Below are positions 19,281 through 28,834 of a DNA stretch of 64,000 nucleotides, piece by piece. This stretch comes from Thermodesulfobacteriota bacterium. Lineage in GTDB: Bacteria; Desulfobacterota; Desulfobulbia; Desulfobulbales; SURF-16. Position numbers and translations under genes: made by a program. The stretch lies in NCBI GenBank assembly GCA_040755455.1, contig JBFMAY010000002.1:1-64000 (forward strand), given 5' to 3'. The notes under the pieces were generated by a model. The model made no database searches and was not told the DNA's origin. It saw only the letters and a list, made by a program, of their open reading frames with translations. Position 1 is the stretch's first letter, and the number at the start of each line of letters is the position of its first letter.

Positions 19281-20132
19281 TTACCCCTGCAATTCCATCA
19301 CCTTGAGCTGCTTGAGTTCCGCCAGGGTGAACACCGGGCCGTCCTGGCACACCAGTTTTTCATCCATATGGCAGTGCCGGCAGATACCCACCCCGCAGCT
19401 CATATGGCGCTCCATGGTGGTGATAATGTTGCCGTCGGCAACGCCCCGCTCCGCCAGTTGCGCCAGCACGGCCCTGATCATCATGGGCGGCCCGCAGACC
19501 AGGGCCGTGGTTTCATCCGGGTCAAGGGCACAGCGGGCAAAGAGACCGGTGACCAGCCCGACCTCACCAGCCCAGCCAGGTTCCGTCCGGTCAACGGTGA
19601 GCAGACAGCTGACCCCGGCCGTTTGCCCCCAGGTGGCCAGATCCCCCTTAAAGGCGATATCGGCAGGGGTCCGGCTGCCGTAGAGGATGGTGATGCGGCG
19701 GTCATGGCCTGCGGCAAGACAGGTGTTGATCACCGACCTGAGGGGGGCGAGCCCGATGCCGCCGGCCACGAAAAGCAGATCCCGGCCCAAAAGATCCGTC
19801 ATGGGAAAGGGCCGGCCATACGGCCCCCGCAGACCGACCGCGTCCCCTTGCCTCATGTCATGCAGGGCCGCGGTCAGTCTCCCCGCTCGGCGCACACTCA
19901 AATGAATGGTGCCGCTCTTGGCCGGAGTGGAGGAAATGGAGATGGGCGCCTCGCCGCAATGGGGCACCGACACCATCATGAACTGACCGGGCTGATAGGT
20001 AAATGAGGCATTGTACTCGCGGTCGGCAAAGGCGAGGACAAAGGTCTTGATCTGGGAATTTTCCACGATCACCTCTCTGATCTCCGCTGGCCTTGGCCGG
20101 TAGAGATCCTTGTCCGGACTTGGCATGGTCAT
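19281..20132 (-). CDS. FAD/NAD(P)-binding [2Fe-2S] subunit (AsrB/HydG/FlxA-like)
   Basis: PGQF, GEAPISISS, RGPYGRPF, AGGIGLAPLRS and CGVGICRHC...C motifs. Confidence 0.92.
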   Translation of the reverse strand: MTMPSPDKDLYRPRPAEIREVIVENSQIKTFVLAFADREYNASFTYQPGQFMMVSVPHCGEAPISISSTPAKSGTIHLSVRRAGRLTAALHDMRQGDAVGLRGPYGRPFPMTDLLGRDLLFVAGGIGLAPLRSVINTCLAAGHDRRITILYGSRTPADIAFKGDLATWGQTAGVSCLLTVDRTEPGWAGEVGLVTGLFARCALDPDETTALVCGPPMMIRAVLAQLAERGVADGNIITTMERHMSCGVGICRHCHMDEKLVCQDGPVFTLAELKQLKVMELQG

Positions 20133-21175
20133 GTATTCTCACAGCAGGTCATATTGATAAAACGGACGATATCCGTGCCGCCGAAACAGATATTGACGCA
20201 CCGCCCGCAGCCCACGCAGCTGGGCCGGTTATCCTTTTTCATATCAAACTGGAGCTTGTGCCTGAACCTTTTCTCGATGCCCCGCATCTGCCGGTCCACC
20301 GGGTTATGATCACCGGCCATGCGTGTAAAGCCGCTGAAGGTGCAGGCATCCCAGTTTCTGATCCGTTCCCCCCCGCTCTCCGAGGTCTGCCGGTCGCGGA
20401 TGGAAAAGCAGGTACAGGTGGGACAGATATAGGCGCAGCCGCCGCAATCCTGGCAGCGCATGGACAGTTCATGCCAGACCGACTCAGACACCTGGTCATC
20501 GGCCAGCCTGCGGGCCGCCAGGTCAAGATGGACCTGCAGGCTGAATTTGCCCCTGGCCTCGAGAAAGGCCTGGTACTGGGCCTTGACATCCTTGTCGTCA
20601 GCTGCCGCAAAAAACTGCCGCCAGGCACTGATGATTTCCTGCCCCCGGGACCGGTCCAACTCAACCAGGAAACGGTCGCCCAGGTCGGTGAGCTGCAGAT
20701 CAAAACCGAAATCGACAAAAGGGCCGTTGCGGGTGGCGTTGCAGAAACAGTTGGCAAAGGGGCCATTGCAGTTGAGGCCCACCAGAATGGAGTTCCGCCG
20801 CCTGTGCAGGTAATGCGGGTCCCTGGCGTTTTTTAAAAAGACCACGTCCATGTAGAGCACGGCGGAGAGGTCGCAGGGCCGTACCCCGAAATAGAGGGAT
20901 GGCGGACTCTCCCCGGCCGCGGGTTCGAAATGGTAGCTGTCGGGGCCTGGATTGCGATAGGTGAAGAGCACCTCCTGCTGGGGAAAGAAAAACTGCTTCA
21001 GCGAGTTCTGCGGCTGATTGGCAAGATCAAGCCGGACATCATCGAGCTGGTCGATCTCGGTAAAAAGCGTGTCACCGTGCCTGTTCCGCAGCGGGGCGAT
21101 GAGCCGGTGATTTTTCTTAAGCTTGCGCAGCAGGGGCAGCAGATGATCTTTTTTGAGAATATATTTATCCGTCAT
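20129..21175 (-). CDS. 4Fe-4S dicluster subunit (AsrA/HydB-like)
   Basis: GVRPCD, CANCFC-type motif, CQDCGGCAYICPTCTCF, WDAC and CVGCGRCVNIC motifs; overlaps both neighbours by 4 nt. Confidence 0.92.
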   Translation of the reverse strand: MTDKYILKKDHLLPLLRKLKKNHRLIAPLRNRHGDTLFTEIDQLDDVRLDLANQPQNSLKQFFFPQQEVLFTYRNPGPDSYHFEPAAGESPPSLYFGVRPCDLSAVLYMDVVFLKNARDPHYLHRRRNSILVGLNCNGPFANCFCNATRNGPFVDFGFDLQLTDLGDRFLVELDRSRGQEIISAWRQFFAAADDKDVKAQYQAFLEARGKFSLQVHLDLAARRLADDQVSESVWHELSMRCQDCGGCAYICPTCTCFSIRDRQTSESGGERIRNWDACTFSGFTRMAGDHNPVDRQMRGIEKRFRHKLQFDMKKDNRPSCVGCGRCVNICFGGTDIVRFINMTCCENT

Positions 21176-23211
21176 GGGTCGCAGACCTTTGCCAGATGAA
21201 CGGCGCAGATTTTATATTCAGGACACTGGGAGAAATGGTCCCTGGCGCTGATGGTCAGCACATTGACCGGCATCTCGCTGAAATGGAAGGTGGTGTACAC
21301 CTCGCCCGCCTTCACCACATCGGTGAGCTGCGCCTTGACCTGCACCTCGCCCCGCCGGGAACGCATGCGCACCACATCGCCGCTGCGCACCCCGAGGCGG
21401 CGCCCGTCATCAGGATGGAGCTGCAGCAGTGCCTCGCCCGCCTCGCGGGACAGCAGGGGGCTCCGCCGGCTCATGGTGCCGGTATGATACTGATGATAAA
21501 TGCGGCCGGTGATGAGCAGAAAGGGATAGTCATCATCCGGCAGTTCGGCGGGCGGTTCATGCACGGCCGGGATGAAGCGCCCCTTGCCCCTGGTGAAATA
21601 ATATTTGTGCAGAAAGGGGGTGCCGGGATGACCGCGGTCCCAGCAGGGCCACTGCAAGCCCCATGAGTTTTCCAGTCGGTCATGCTGCATGCCGCCGTAA
21701 ATCGGGGCCAGCATGGCTATCTCCTCCATGATCTCCGCCGGGCTCTCATAATCCATGGCATAGCCGAGCCTGCTCGACAGCTCCATGATGATGTCGGCGT
21801 CGGTGCGGCTCTGCCCCAGCGGCGGGATCACCCGGCGCACCATCTGCACCCGGCGCTCCGAATTGGTGAAGGTCCCGGTTTTTTCGGCAAAGGAGGCGGC
21901 GGGCAGCACCACATGGGCGCGCGCAGCCGTCTCGGTCAAAAAGATATCGGCCACCAGGAGAAACTCGAGGTTGTCCAGGGTTTCTCCAACCGTGGCGATA
22001 CCCGGGTCGCTGAGCATGGGATTTTCCCCCATGATGAACATGGCCCGCAGCGGTCCGTTTTTGCCGCCATGGGTCATCTCCATGAGGGTGAGACCGGGCT
22101 GGACAGGCAGGGAAACATTCCAGGCCCTTTCGAATTTCTCCCGGAAGTCATCGATGTCAACCTGCTGGTAACTGGGGAAGACATTGGGCAACGCGCCCAT
22201 GTCGCAGGCCCCCTGCACATTGTTCTGGCCCCGCAGGGGATCGACACCGGTGTCCTCCTTTTCCACATGGCCGGTCAGCATGGCCAGGTTGGCAATGGCC
22301 TGCACGTTGGCGGTGCCGCAGACATGCTGGGTGATGCCCAGGCAGTAGCAGATCACAGCCTTCTGGGCCCGGCCGTAAAGCTGGGCCGCCGCGCGTATCC
22401 TGGCCAGGTCCACCCCGGTGATGCGGGCCGTCTCGTCCAGGTCAATGCGGAAGAGCATATCGCGCAGACCGTAAAAATTCTCGGTGCGCATCTCGATGAA
22501 AAGATCATCCGCCAGATTCTCGTCAAGAATGATGCGCATCATGGCGTTGAGCAGCGGGATATCGGTGCCCGGCCGGATAGCGAGGTGGATATCCGCCCTT
22601 CCCGCCATCAGGGTGCGGCGAGGATCAATGACGATCAGCCGGGCGCCCCGGTCCATGGCCGAAAAAATGCGACGGGCCACCTGGGGATGGGCCTCGCTGG
22701 TGTTGGAGCCGATGACCAGCATCACCTGGGCGTTTTCAATCTCATTGATGGAGTTGGTCATGGCGCCGCTGCCGAAGGTGGTGGCAAGACCTGCCACGGT
22801 GGGGGCGTGTCAAAGCCGGGCGCAGTGGTCGATATTGTTGGTGTGCAGGGCGGCCCGGGCCAATTTCTGCAGCAGATAATTTTCCTCATTGGTGCATTTG
22901 GCAGAACTCAGCAGCCCCACCGCCTTGCCGTCGCTCTCTCCGGCTATCCTTGCCAGTTCACGGGCGGCATAGGTCATGGCCTCATCCCAGCCGACCGGCG
23001 TGAGGTGTCCGTTTTTGCGCATGAGCGGCTGCCTGAGCCGATCCGGATGATGGATAAACTCATGCAGATGCCAACCCTTGACGCAGAGGTTGTTTCTGGA
23101 AACGGGATGATTTCTGCTCGGCGACGAGCCCACCACTTGACCGCGGTGCTCGTGGAGATAGACGCCACAGCCACAGCCGCAGTAGACGCAGGTAGTCAAA
23201 ATGTCGCGCAT
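21172..23211 (-). CDS. fdhF: selenocysteine-containing formate dehydrogenase alpha subunit (679 aa, in-frame TGA at 22812-22810)
   Basis: Two track ORFs are in one frame across TGA: [29 protein letters not shown]; N-terminal CVYCGCGC; PLRGQNNVQGACDMG. Confidence 0.95.
22778..22812 (-). promoter_or_regulatory. UGA Sec codon plus bacterial SECIS hairpin
   Basis: Minus strand TGA CAC GCC CCC ACC GTGGCA-GGTCT-TGCCAC; stem and GGUC loop positioned as in E. coli fdhF. Confidence 0.85.
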
Positions 23212-23551
23212 CGGGTGCTCCGGAACTTGTTTGGTTTAACGGGAAACGGGATTGACATTGCGGGGTGCTGCAAAACAGATGCGTACATCTTTAGTCTAGG
23301 CTGGCAGGAGGCCCTTTTGTCAAGGGGATAAGTGCCACCGCTGCCGGGCAGGGGAAAAAAACAACTCATTATGCCGGACATCTTTACCGGCACCGGAAAA
23401 CATTTGCGAGGCGATGGGATGGACATCTAAGAGGACCGGCATTAATCAGCCACTTTCTGACCCCTTATCTCCGGTTATCTTTTCCAGGGGATCAGGCCGC
23501 CATGCGGGGCGTAAATCAACCCAGCTTGTTCAATATAATGAGACGGGTTGC

Positions 23552-23764
23552 TCAACTCGCCTGGCCGGCCTGAGAGGCAAGCGGCTTCAGCTTCCAGGGG
23601 CAGTTCCGCAGCCAGCTGTCAAATTCATCTTCAGGCAACGGCCGGCTCACGTAACACCCCTGCATGAGCAGCGCGATTACGGCAACCATCAGCAGCGCCT
23701 GCACGCCTGCGGGCTTGCGCCACTTCTCAAGCATATTGTCCCACTTGCTCTCAGCCTGCGCCAA
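23552..23764 (-). CDS. small hypothetical protein, possible lipoprotein
   Basis: TTG start 7 nt after GAGGT; hydrophobic stretch ending LLMQGC. Confidence 0.5.
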   Translation of the reverse strand: MAQAESKWDNMLEKWRKPAGVQALLMVAVIALLMQGCYVSRPLPEDEFDSWLRNCPWKLKPLASQAGQAS

Positions 23765-23976
23765 TGGCCTTACCTCTATTACCGCCGGTGAGAAAACCAG
23801 CAGAATCGGCCGGGTAAAAATGCAGCAGGTGCATGGCGAGGGCGTAACTGCGCGTTGTCGTCCAGGGGGATTAGCAGTATGGCGTTTATTACCATGGCAG
23901 AGAAGAAGCGGCGGGCTTTCTGCAGTCTGACGGGACGTGCTGGCGATGGTGTCTTAACCGTGATGTGGTGATAAGG

Positions 23977-24717
23977 CTATTTAGGTTTACGCCGATAACT
24001 TGGTCCTCCCAGGATAATGACCTCGGAGTTGTAGACGAGCCGGTCGGCGACCGCGGTGGCCACGGTGGTTGAGTCGAAGATTTTTCCCCAGTCGGCAAAG
24101 GGCAGGTTGGTGGTCAGCATGGTTGACCGCAGCCGGTGTCTTTGGGAGATGACCTGGAAGAAGAGATTCGAGCCCTCGGAGCCGAGCGGAAGATAGCCTA
24201 ACTCGTCACAGACCAGGAGGTCAGGAGCTTGGTAGTGATGGAGTTTTCTGAGCAGGGAGTGATCGGCCTGGGCGGCGACCAGGTGGTTGATCATATCGAC
24301 GGCGGTGGTGAAGAGCACCTTGCGGTTGGCGTTGCAGGCGGCCAAGGCAATGCACTTGGCCAGCCAGGTTTTGCCGGTGCCGGGATTGCCGATGAGGATC
24401 ACATCCTGCTGGCGGTTGATAAAATCGATACTGAGCAGGGCGAGGATTCTGCTTTTCTGCTCCTCACGCGATTTGTGATGGTGGAAGTTGAACTGGTCGA
24501 TACTCACCTGTTCGGTGAGTTTTGACTGGATGAAACGGCGGCCGATGCTGTTTTTCCAGCGCGTTTCGTGCTCCATGTCGGTCAGGAGCTTGATGGCGGC
24601 AAGGATGTCGAGATTTTTGCGGCTGGCCGTTTCGATAACGGCCTCAAGGCTTGCGGCCATGGCGGAGAGCTTGAGTCGCTTGAGATCCTGGCGCACGATG
24701 TCGATGGTGACTTGCAT
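23977..24717 (-). CDS. istB: IS21 helper ATPase IstB
   Basis: GNPGTGKT, LVCDELGYLP, TTNLPFADW and ADRL motifs. Confidence 0.95.
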   Translation of the reverse strand: MQVTIDIVRQDLKRLKLSAMAASLEAVIETASRKNLDILAAIKLLTDMEHETRWKNSIGRRFIQSKLTEQVSIDQFNFHHHKSREEQKSRILALLSIDFINRQQDVILIGNPGTGKTWLAKCIALAACNANRKVLFTTAVDMINHLVAAQADHSLLRKLHHYQAPDLLVCDELGYLPLGSEGSNLFFQVISQRHRLRSTMLTTNLPFADWGKIFDSTTVATAVADRLVYNSEVIILGGPSYRRKPK

Positions 24718-24721
24718 GGGG

Positions 24722-26188
24722 CTACCTCCGATTTTTGAGGACAAAGGCATCGAACTCGGCAAGGTTCGGCTCTTCGAGGCGGATATGGTTGAGCCGTTCC
24801 TCTTGCAGCCGGACCGGCGGATGGGTTTTGACCGGCGTGCTGTCCTGACGCAGGATATTTTCAATGTACTGGGCGCCATAGGCATTTTTGAGCAGTGCCC
24901 GCTTGAGGGCGGCGTTGAAGGCGATTAAGCCGTAGCCGTCCTTGAGGGCGAGAAGCCTGGCCACGTTTTTGCGTAGCGGCAGACCGGCGTTCGCCAGGTG
25001 TTCGAGATAGAGCCTGGCCTCCTCGCCAAGGGCCGCAAAAGCCGCCACCTCGGAGGATTGCCACTGGCGGCGCATGCTTTTGACGGCGGCCTCGCGATGG
25101 CAGGCAAGCTCGATGCGTTGCTTGCGCAGCCAGGAACGTTCGTGGGTAACGATGGCCTTGTCCTTGAGATAGACGGTAAGGGTATGGTGATCGGCCTTGA
25201 CGACCACCTGTCTGCCCACCGCCCAGGGCGGAGTGGAATAGGAGTTGCCGTCGAACCGAATGGCGAAATCGGTATGAACCTTGGCAACAGCGGTCTCGCG
25301 ACAGTCGGGAAGAAACTCCGGCAGGGGCGCGAGATTTTCGGCGCTTAGCCGGTGGATCGGCCTCTCGCCGGTGGTGGCGTGCAGCCGGATGTTGGCTACC
25401 GAGTCCCGCCAGTCGATTGCCTGGGCCTGGAGGTCGGCGAGGTCTTTGAACTTTCGCAGCGGCCAGAAGTTGTGGCGGATGTAATGGACGACCCCCTTTT
25501 CCACCTTGCCTTTTTCCTGGGGCTGCCTGGGGTTGCAGGCCCTTGGCGTGATGCCCAGGGGGCGGAGGAAGTCAAGAAAGGCCTCGTTGTAGCGGATGAG
25601 CGGTCCGTCGCGTTCGATCACCGCGGTGAGCATGTTGTCGGTGACCAGCTCCCTCGGCACCCCGCCGAAGAACCGGAAGGCATTCAGCAGACAGCGGTGC
25701 AGGGTCTGCTGGTTCTGGGAATGGGTGAACTCCAGGTAGAGCAGACGGCTGTAACACAGCAGAATGGCAAAGCAGTAAAGCCGGCGGATGGTGTTGCCAT
25801 AGGCCATGGAGCCGAAGTGTCCCCAGTCGATCTGGGCCTGCTCGCCCGGCGCGGTTTCAAAGCGAATGAAGGCGCGTCGCTGTTTCGGCCTGATGGTGCG
25901 GAGATAGTCCTTGACGATGCTGATGCCGCAGCTCACCCCCATGGCGGCGAGCCGCTGGCGGATGACCGCGGCTGAAGCACGTGGACTGCGGCCGAGCATT
26001 TCCCTGATTTCGTCTGCGAAGGGATCGAGTTTGCTGGGACGTTTGATTTTTTTGCGTTCCGGCGTGGGGTTGCGCAGATACTTGGCCACGGTTCCGCGGT
26101 AGAGGGCAAGCTGGCTGGCAATGCTGCTCTTTGACCAGCCTTCGCGGGCCAGACGATGGATTTCAAAGACAAGGCGTTTATCGATCAT
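24722..26188 (-). CDS. istA: IS21 DDE transposase IstA
   Basis: N-terminal HTH; SKLDPF, RFETAPGEQAQIDWG, FGGVP..TDNM and KGKVE motifs. Confidence 0.95.
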   Translation of the reverse strand: MIDKRLVFEIHRLAREGWSKSSIASQLALYRGTVAKYLRNPTPERKKIKRPSKLDPFADEIREMLGRSPRASAAVIRQRLAAMGVSCGISIVKDYLRTIRPKQRRAFIRFETAPGEQAQIDWGHFGSMAYGNTIRRLYCFAILLCYSRLLYLEFTHSQNQQTLHRCLLNAFRFFGGVPRELVTDNMLTAVIERDGPLIRYNEAFLDFLRPLGITPRACNPRQPQEKGKVEKGVVHYIRHNFWPLRKFKDLADLQAQAIDWRDSVANIRLHATTGERPIHRLSAENLAPLPEFLPDCRETAVAKVHTDFAIRFDGNSYSTPPWAVGRQVVVKADHHTLTVYLKDKAIVTHERSWLRKQRIELACHREAAVKSMRRQWQSSEVAAFAALGEEARLYLEHLANAGLPLRKNVARLLALKDGYGLIAFNAALKRALLKNAYGAQYIENILRQDSTPVKTHPPVRLQEERLNHIRLEEPNLAEFDAFVLKNRR

Positions 26189-26597
26189 GGTTTTCCCCCA
26201 GGTATCTGGTGATGAGTTGCCGGACGGTGGCGGGATCGGCGCGCTCCATGTCCCCGCGGCTGACCAGTGGTGAACGGCGGCTCGTGGGCGGCGCGGCGGG
26301 CAGGGAAAGCACCTGGAAAAGCCGGCCGTCAAAGGCGATGAGATCCTGGTCGATGAGGCCGTCGCGGGCCGCGATGTATTCATCAACCGAGACGGCGAGC
26401 AGCGAGCAGATCTTCTCAAAGCTGTAATAGGAGAGTCCCTGCCGGTCGGCGACCAGGATTAGGAAGAGATAGAGAAGCAGTTCATGGTGGCTGAGCACGT
26501 TCCAGAAGCCTCCGCGCAGAAAACGGTGTTCGATGACGGCGAAGCTGCCCTGGATTGTTCTGAGCCGGTGGGCGATGAGTGGTGTTTTCGCGATCAT
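26178..26597 (-). CDS. IS-borne winged-helix-like protein
   Basis: AGGAGG RBS; LSHHELLLYLFL...GLSYYSFEKIC pattern resembles replication-initiator-type wHTH; overlaps the istA start. Confidence 0.75.
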   Translation of the reverse strand: MIAKTPLIAHRLRTIQGSFAVIEHRFLRGGFWNVLSHHELLLYLFLILVADRQGLSYYSFEKICSLLAVSVDEYIAARDGLIDQDLIAFDGRLFQVLSLPAAPPTSRRSPLVSRGDMERADPATVRQLITRYLGENHDR

Positions 26598-26668
26598 GGA
26601 TTCACCTCCTGCCCGCTATCCTAAACTGGGCTGGGTGGAAAGGCTATCAAGTCCTTTTGGCGGCTGCG

Positions 26669-27073
26669 CTATCTGGTTGAAAGTGGGACTATTTTAACCA
26701 TTAACGTGTCCATCTTGCGGCCGGCCTGGCCAATGGGCGTCATGATGTATCTGCCTGGAAACAGGTTGAAATTGACGGTTAACGCGTCCATCTTGACGGG
26801 GGCGGCACGGGCGGGGTGGGGTGTGGCGGGAAGTGACGGCGGGGCGCGTTGGGTCAATCTTCGCAGGCGCCAGTAGTCGTGATGTCGCTCGCTCCAGGCT
26901 TTTTGTGCGTCGCGCTGGTTGGCACGGTAATCGGCATCGGTGGCCATCTTGGCCTGCTGCCACTTGCGTTTGCGTTCGCGCTGGCAGGCATCCTGGCCGC
27001 AGTAGCGTTGGTTTTTTACCCTGGGATTGGCCGGCATGACACGCCGGCAAGAAGAACAGATGAAGGTTCGCAT
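26669..27073 (-). CDS. IS-borne Zn-finger-like basic protein
   Basis: CSSC...YCGQDAC followed by an Arg/Lys-rich helix; KMDAL/KMDTL duplication. Confidence 0.7.
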   Translation of the reverse strand: MRTFICSSCRRVMPANPRVKNQRYCGQDACQRERKRKWQQAKMATDADYRANQRDAQKAWSERHHDYWRLRRLTQRAPPSLPATPHPARAAPVKMDALTVNFNLFPGRYIMTPIGQAGRKMDTLMVKIVPLSTR

Positions 27074-27880
27074 ATCTTGCCCTCCCCAACCCCCACGATA
27101 ACGCCAGGGAAGGGCCAGACTGAGCAAGAAAAAGAACCAGAGTCAGAAAAAATAAAAAGAAAAGACAGGTTGAAAAGAGAAACGAGAAAAGTAAATCCGG
27201 TGCTGGTTTATCAGACGGCCTTTGGTGCTGAGTTTTTCACCGCCGGAAACTGCTGTTTTTTAAGCCGGCGGTAATAACCTCTGTTTATCTTCAGTTATTC
27301 CAGCCGGGGAATACGCAATGCATTCTAACGATGCAGGATATTTTAAGGTAAAACAAACGGATCAGAAAATGGAGATGCCACCTATGATTAATCCCCCCAT
27401 TGCGGCATCAGATCCGTTTAACCAACTCGCATGAAAGCGAAGCCGGATCATGAGAGGCGAACCTTAGCCGCCACATCTCTTTCTCATTTCAATCCTGCCG
27501 CATCCGTTCTGTCAACTTTTATCCACAAAACTTTTCGCGTAATTCAAAACAGTTACAGAATGAATGCCGGCAAACTCGGCAAGCTGCGCCACGGAAATTC
27601 TTCCTGCCCGGGAATTACCCATCAGCATGCCGGCAAAACACATGAAATATCGAGAGAATATCCGGATAAAATAAGGTAATCAATACGGCAACGGCACCTA
27701 CTTGTTGTGCCCTAACAAAAAACGTGGCAAAATTAAAAACAGCATGGTCTACAAGAAGGATAAAAGTTGCGATTTAAACAAAATAACCTAGCGGGCGGCC
27801 AAAGGACTTCGGCCTTCAAACAGAAGCGGGGTGAAGACAAAATAACATTTCCGAGTCCCGAAGAAATGAGGAGTTCCCCA

Positions 27881-28726
27881 ATGCCACACAAGTTCACAGA
27901 CCAGGTACGGGAATTCTTTTCCGCATGCCTGCGCCGGCACAGCTATAATCTGTTCAAGAACCCTTATATCTGGTTCGGGGTTCTCTGGGGGTTACCTATT
28001 CCGCTTGTTACAGTCTCTCTGGCAATGACTTTCACGGCCGAGGGCCACCTCGCCCCGGCCTTTACTCATATTTTTCAGAGCCCACTCCAGTGTTTTTTTC
28101 TTGCGCACCCGCTATTATTCGGGGCACTGTTCGGCATACTCGGCACCATACGCCAGGAAAAAGACACCCAGATCAAGAATCTGGTTGAAGAACTGCGGGA
28201 ACTGTCGACCCAGGACCCGCTGACCGGCCTGGCGAACCGGCGCCATTTCATCCGGGCCTTTGAGGAAGAGGCGGCCAGAACCGACCGGCAGGGCCTTTAC
28301 ATGTCAATTATTTTTCTCGACCTGGATTTTTTTAAAAAAATCAATGACACCCACGGGCACCAAATGGGAGACACAGTGCTCAGGGAAGTCAGCCGCTATA
28401 TGCAACGGCAATGCAGACCCTATGATACAGTCGCGCGCTGGGGAGGTGAAGAGTTTATCATTCTGCTGCCTGCCTGCGATGAAACGAAAGCCGCTGTCTG
28501 TGCTGAGAGGATTCGGTGCGGCGTTGCCGCGGGTTGCAGTGAGGAAATCCCGTTTCCGGTCACGATCTCAGCCGGCGTCACCCGATATGCAGCAGGCGAT
28601 TCCCTGGAAAGGCTCACGGAACGGGCCGACCAAGCACTTTACTGCGCCAAACAGACCGGCAGGAACAGGGTGGTCATTTGGCAAGGGCAGGATTGCGTTC
28701 CATGTCCCGCCCACAATACATTATGA
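27881..28726 (+). CDS. membrane diguanylate cyclase
   Basis: Two TM segments; DPLTGLANRR, DLDFFKKINDTHGH, RPYD I-site and GGEEF motifs. Confidence 0.92.
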   Translation: MPHKFTDQVREFFSACLRRHSYNLFKNPYIWFGVLWGLPIPLVTVSLAMTFTAEGHLAPAFTHIFQSPLQCFFLAHPLLFGALFGILGTIRQEKDTQIKNLVEELRELSTQDPLTGLANRRHFIRAFEEEAARTDRQGLYMSIIFLDLDFFKKINDTHGHQMGDTVLREVSRYMQRQCRPYDTVARWGGEEFIILLPACDETKAAVCAERIRCGVAAGCSEEIPFPVTISAGVTRYAAGDSLERLTERADQALYCAKQTGRNRVVIWQGQDCVPCPAHNTL

Positions 28727-28834
28727 CTGCCGGAAAAAACCGGTAACCGTTTACCGCCTCTGAAATACTCCAACAATCAGCCACCTTATTCATCTGGGGC
28801 AAAGGCTGTTTTATCGCGGCCCGGAGTTCTCCGC

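Larger units (their letters stand above)
23777..27276 (-). mobile_element. complete IS21-family element (3500 bp) with two accessory ORFs
   Basis: Terminal IR TATTACCGCCGG / CCGGCGGTAATA; several subterminal repeats; 5-bp TSD ACCTC at 23772-23776 and 27277-27281. Confidence 0.92.

Noticed and set aside
22810..22812. Apparent premature stop splitting the formate dehydrogenase into two ORFs
   Set aside because: In-frame UGA at the conserved Sec position with a downstream SECIS hairpin; not a pseudogene.
21682..23331. Long antisense ORFs (this one, 11796-13154, 18864-20006, 45082-46239 and others)
   Set aside because: Shadows of well-supported genes in GC-rich DNA, with no motifs of their own.
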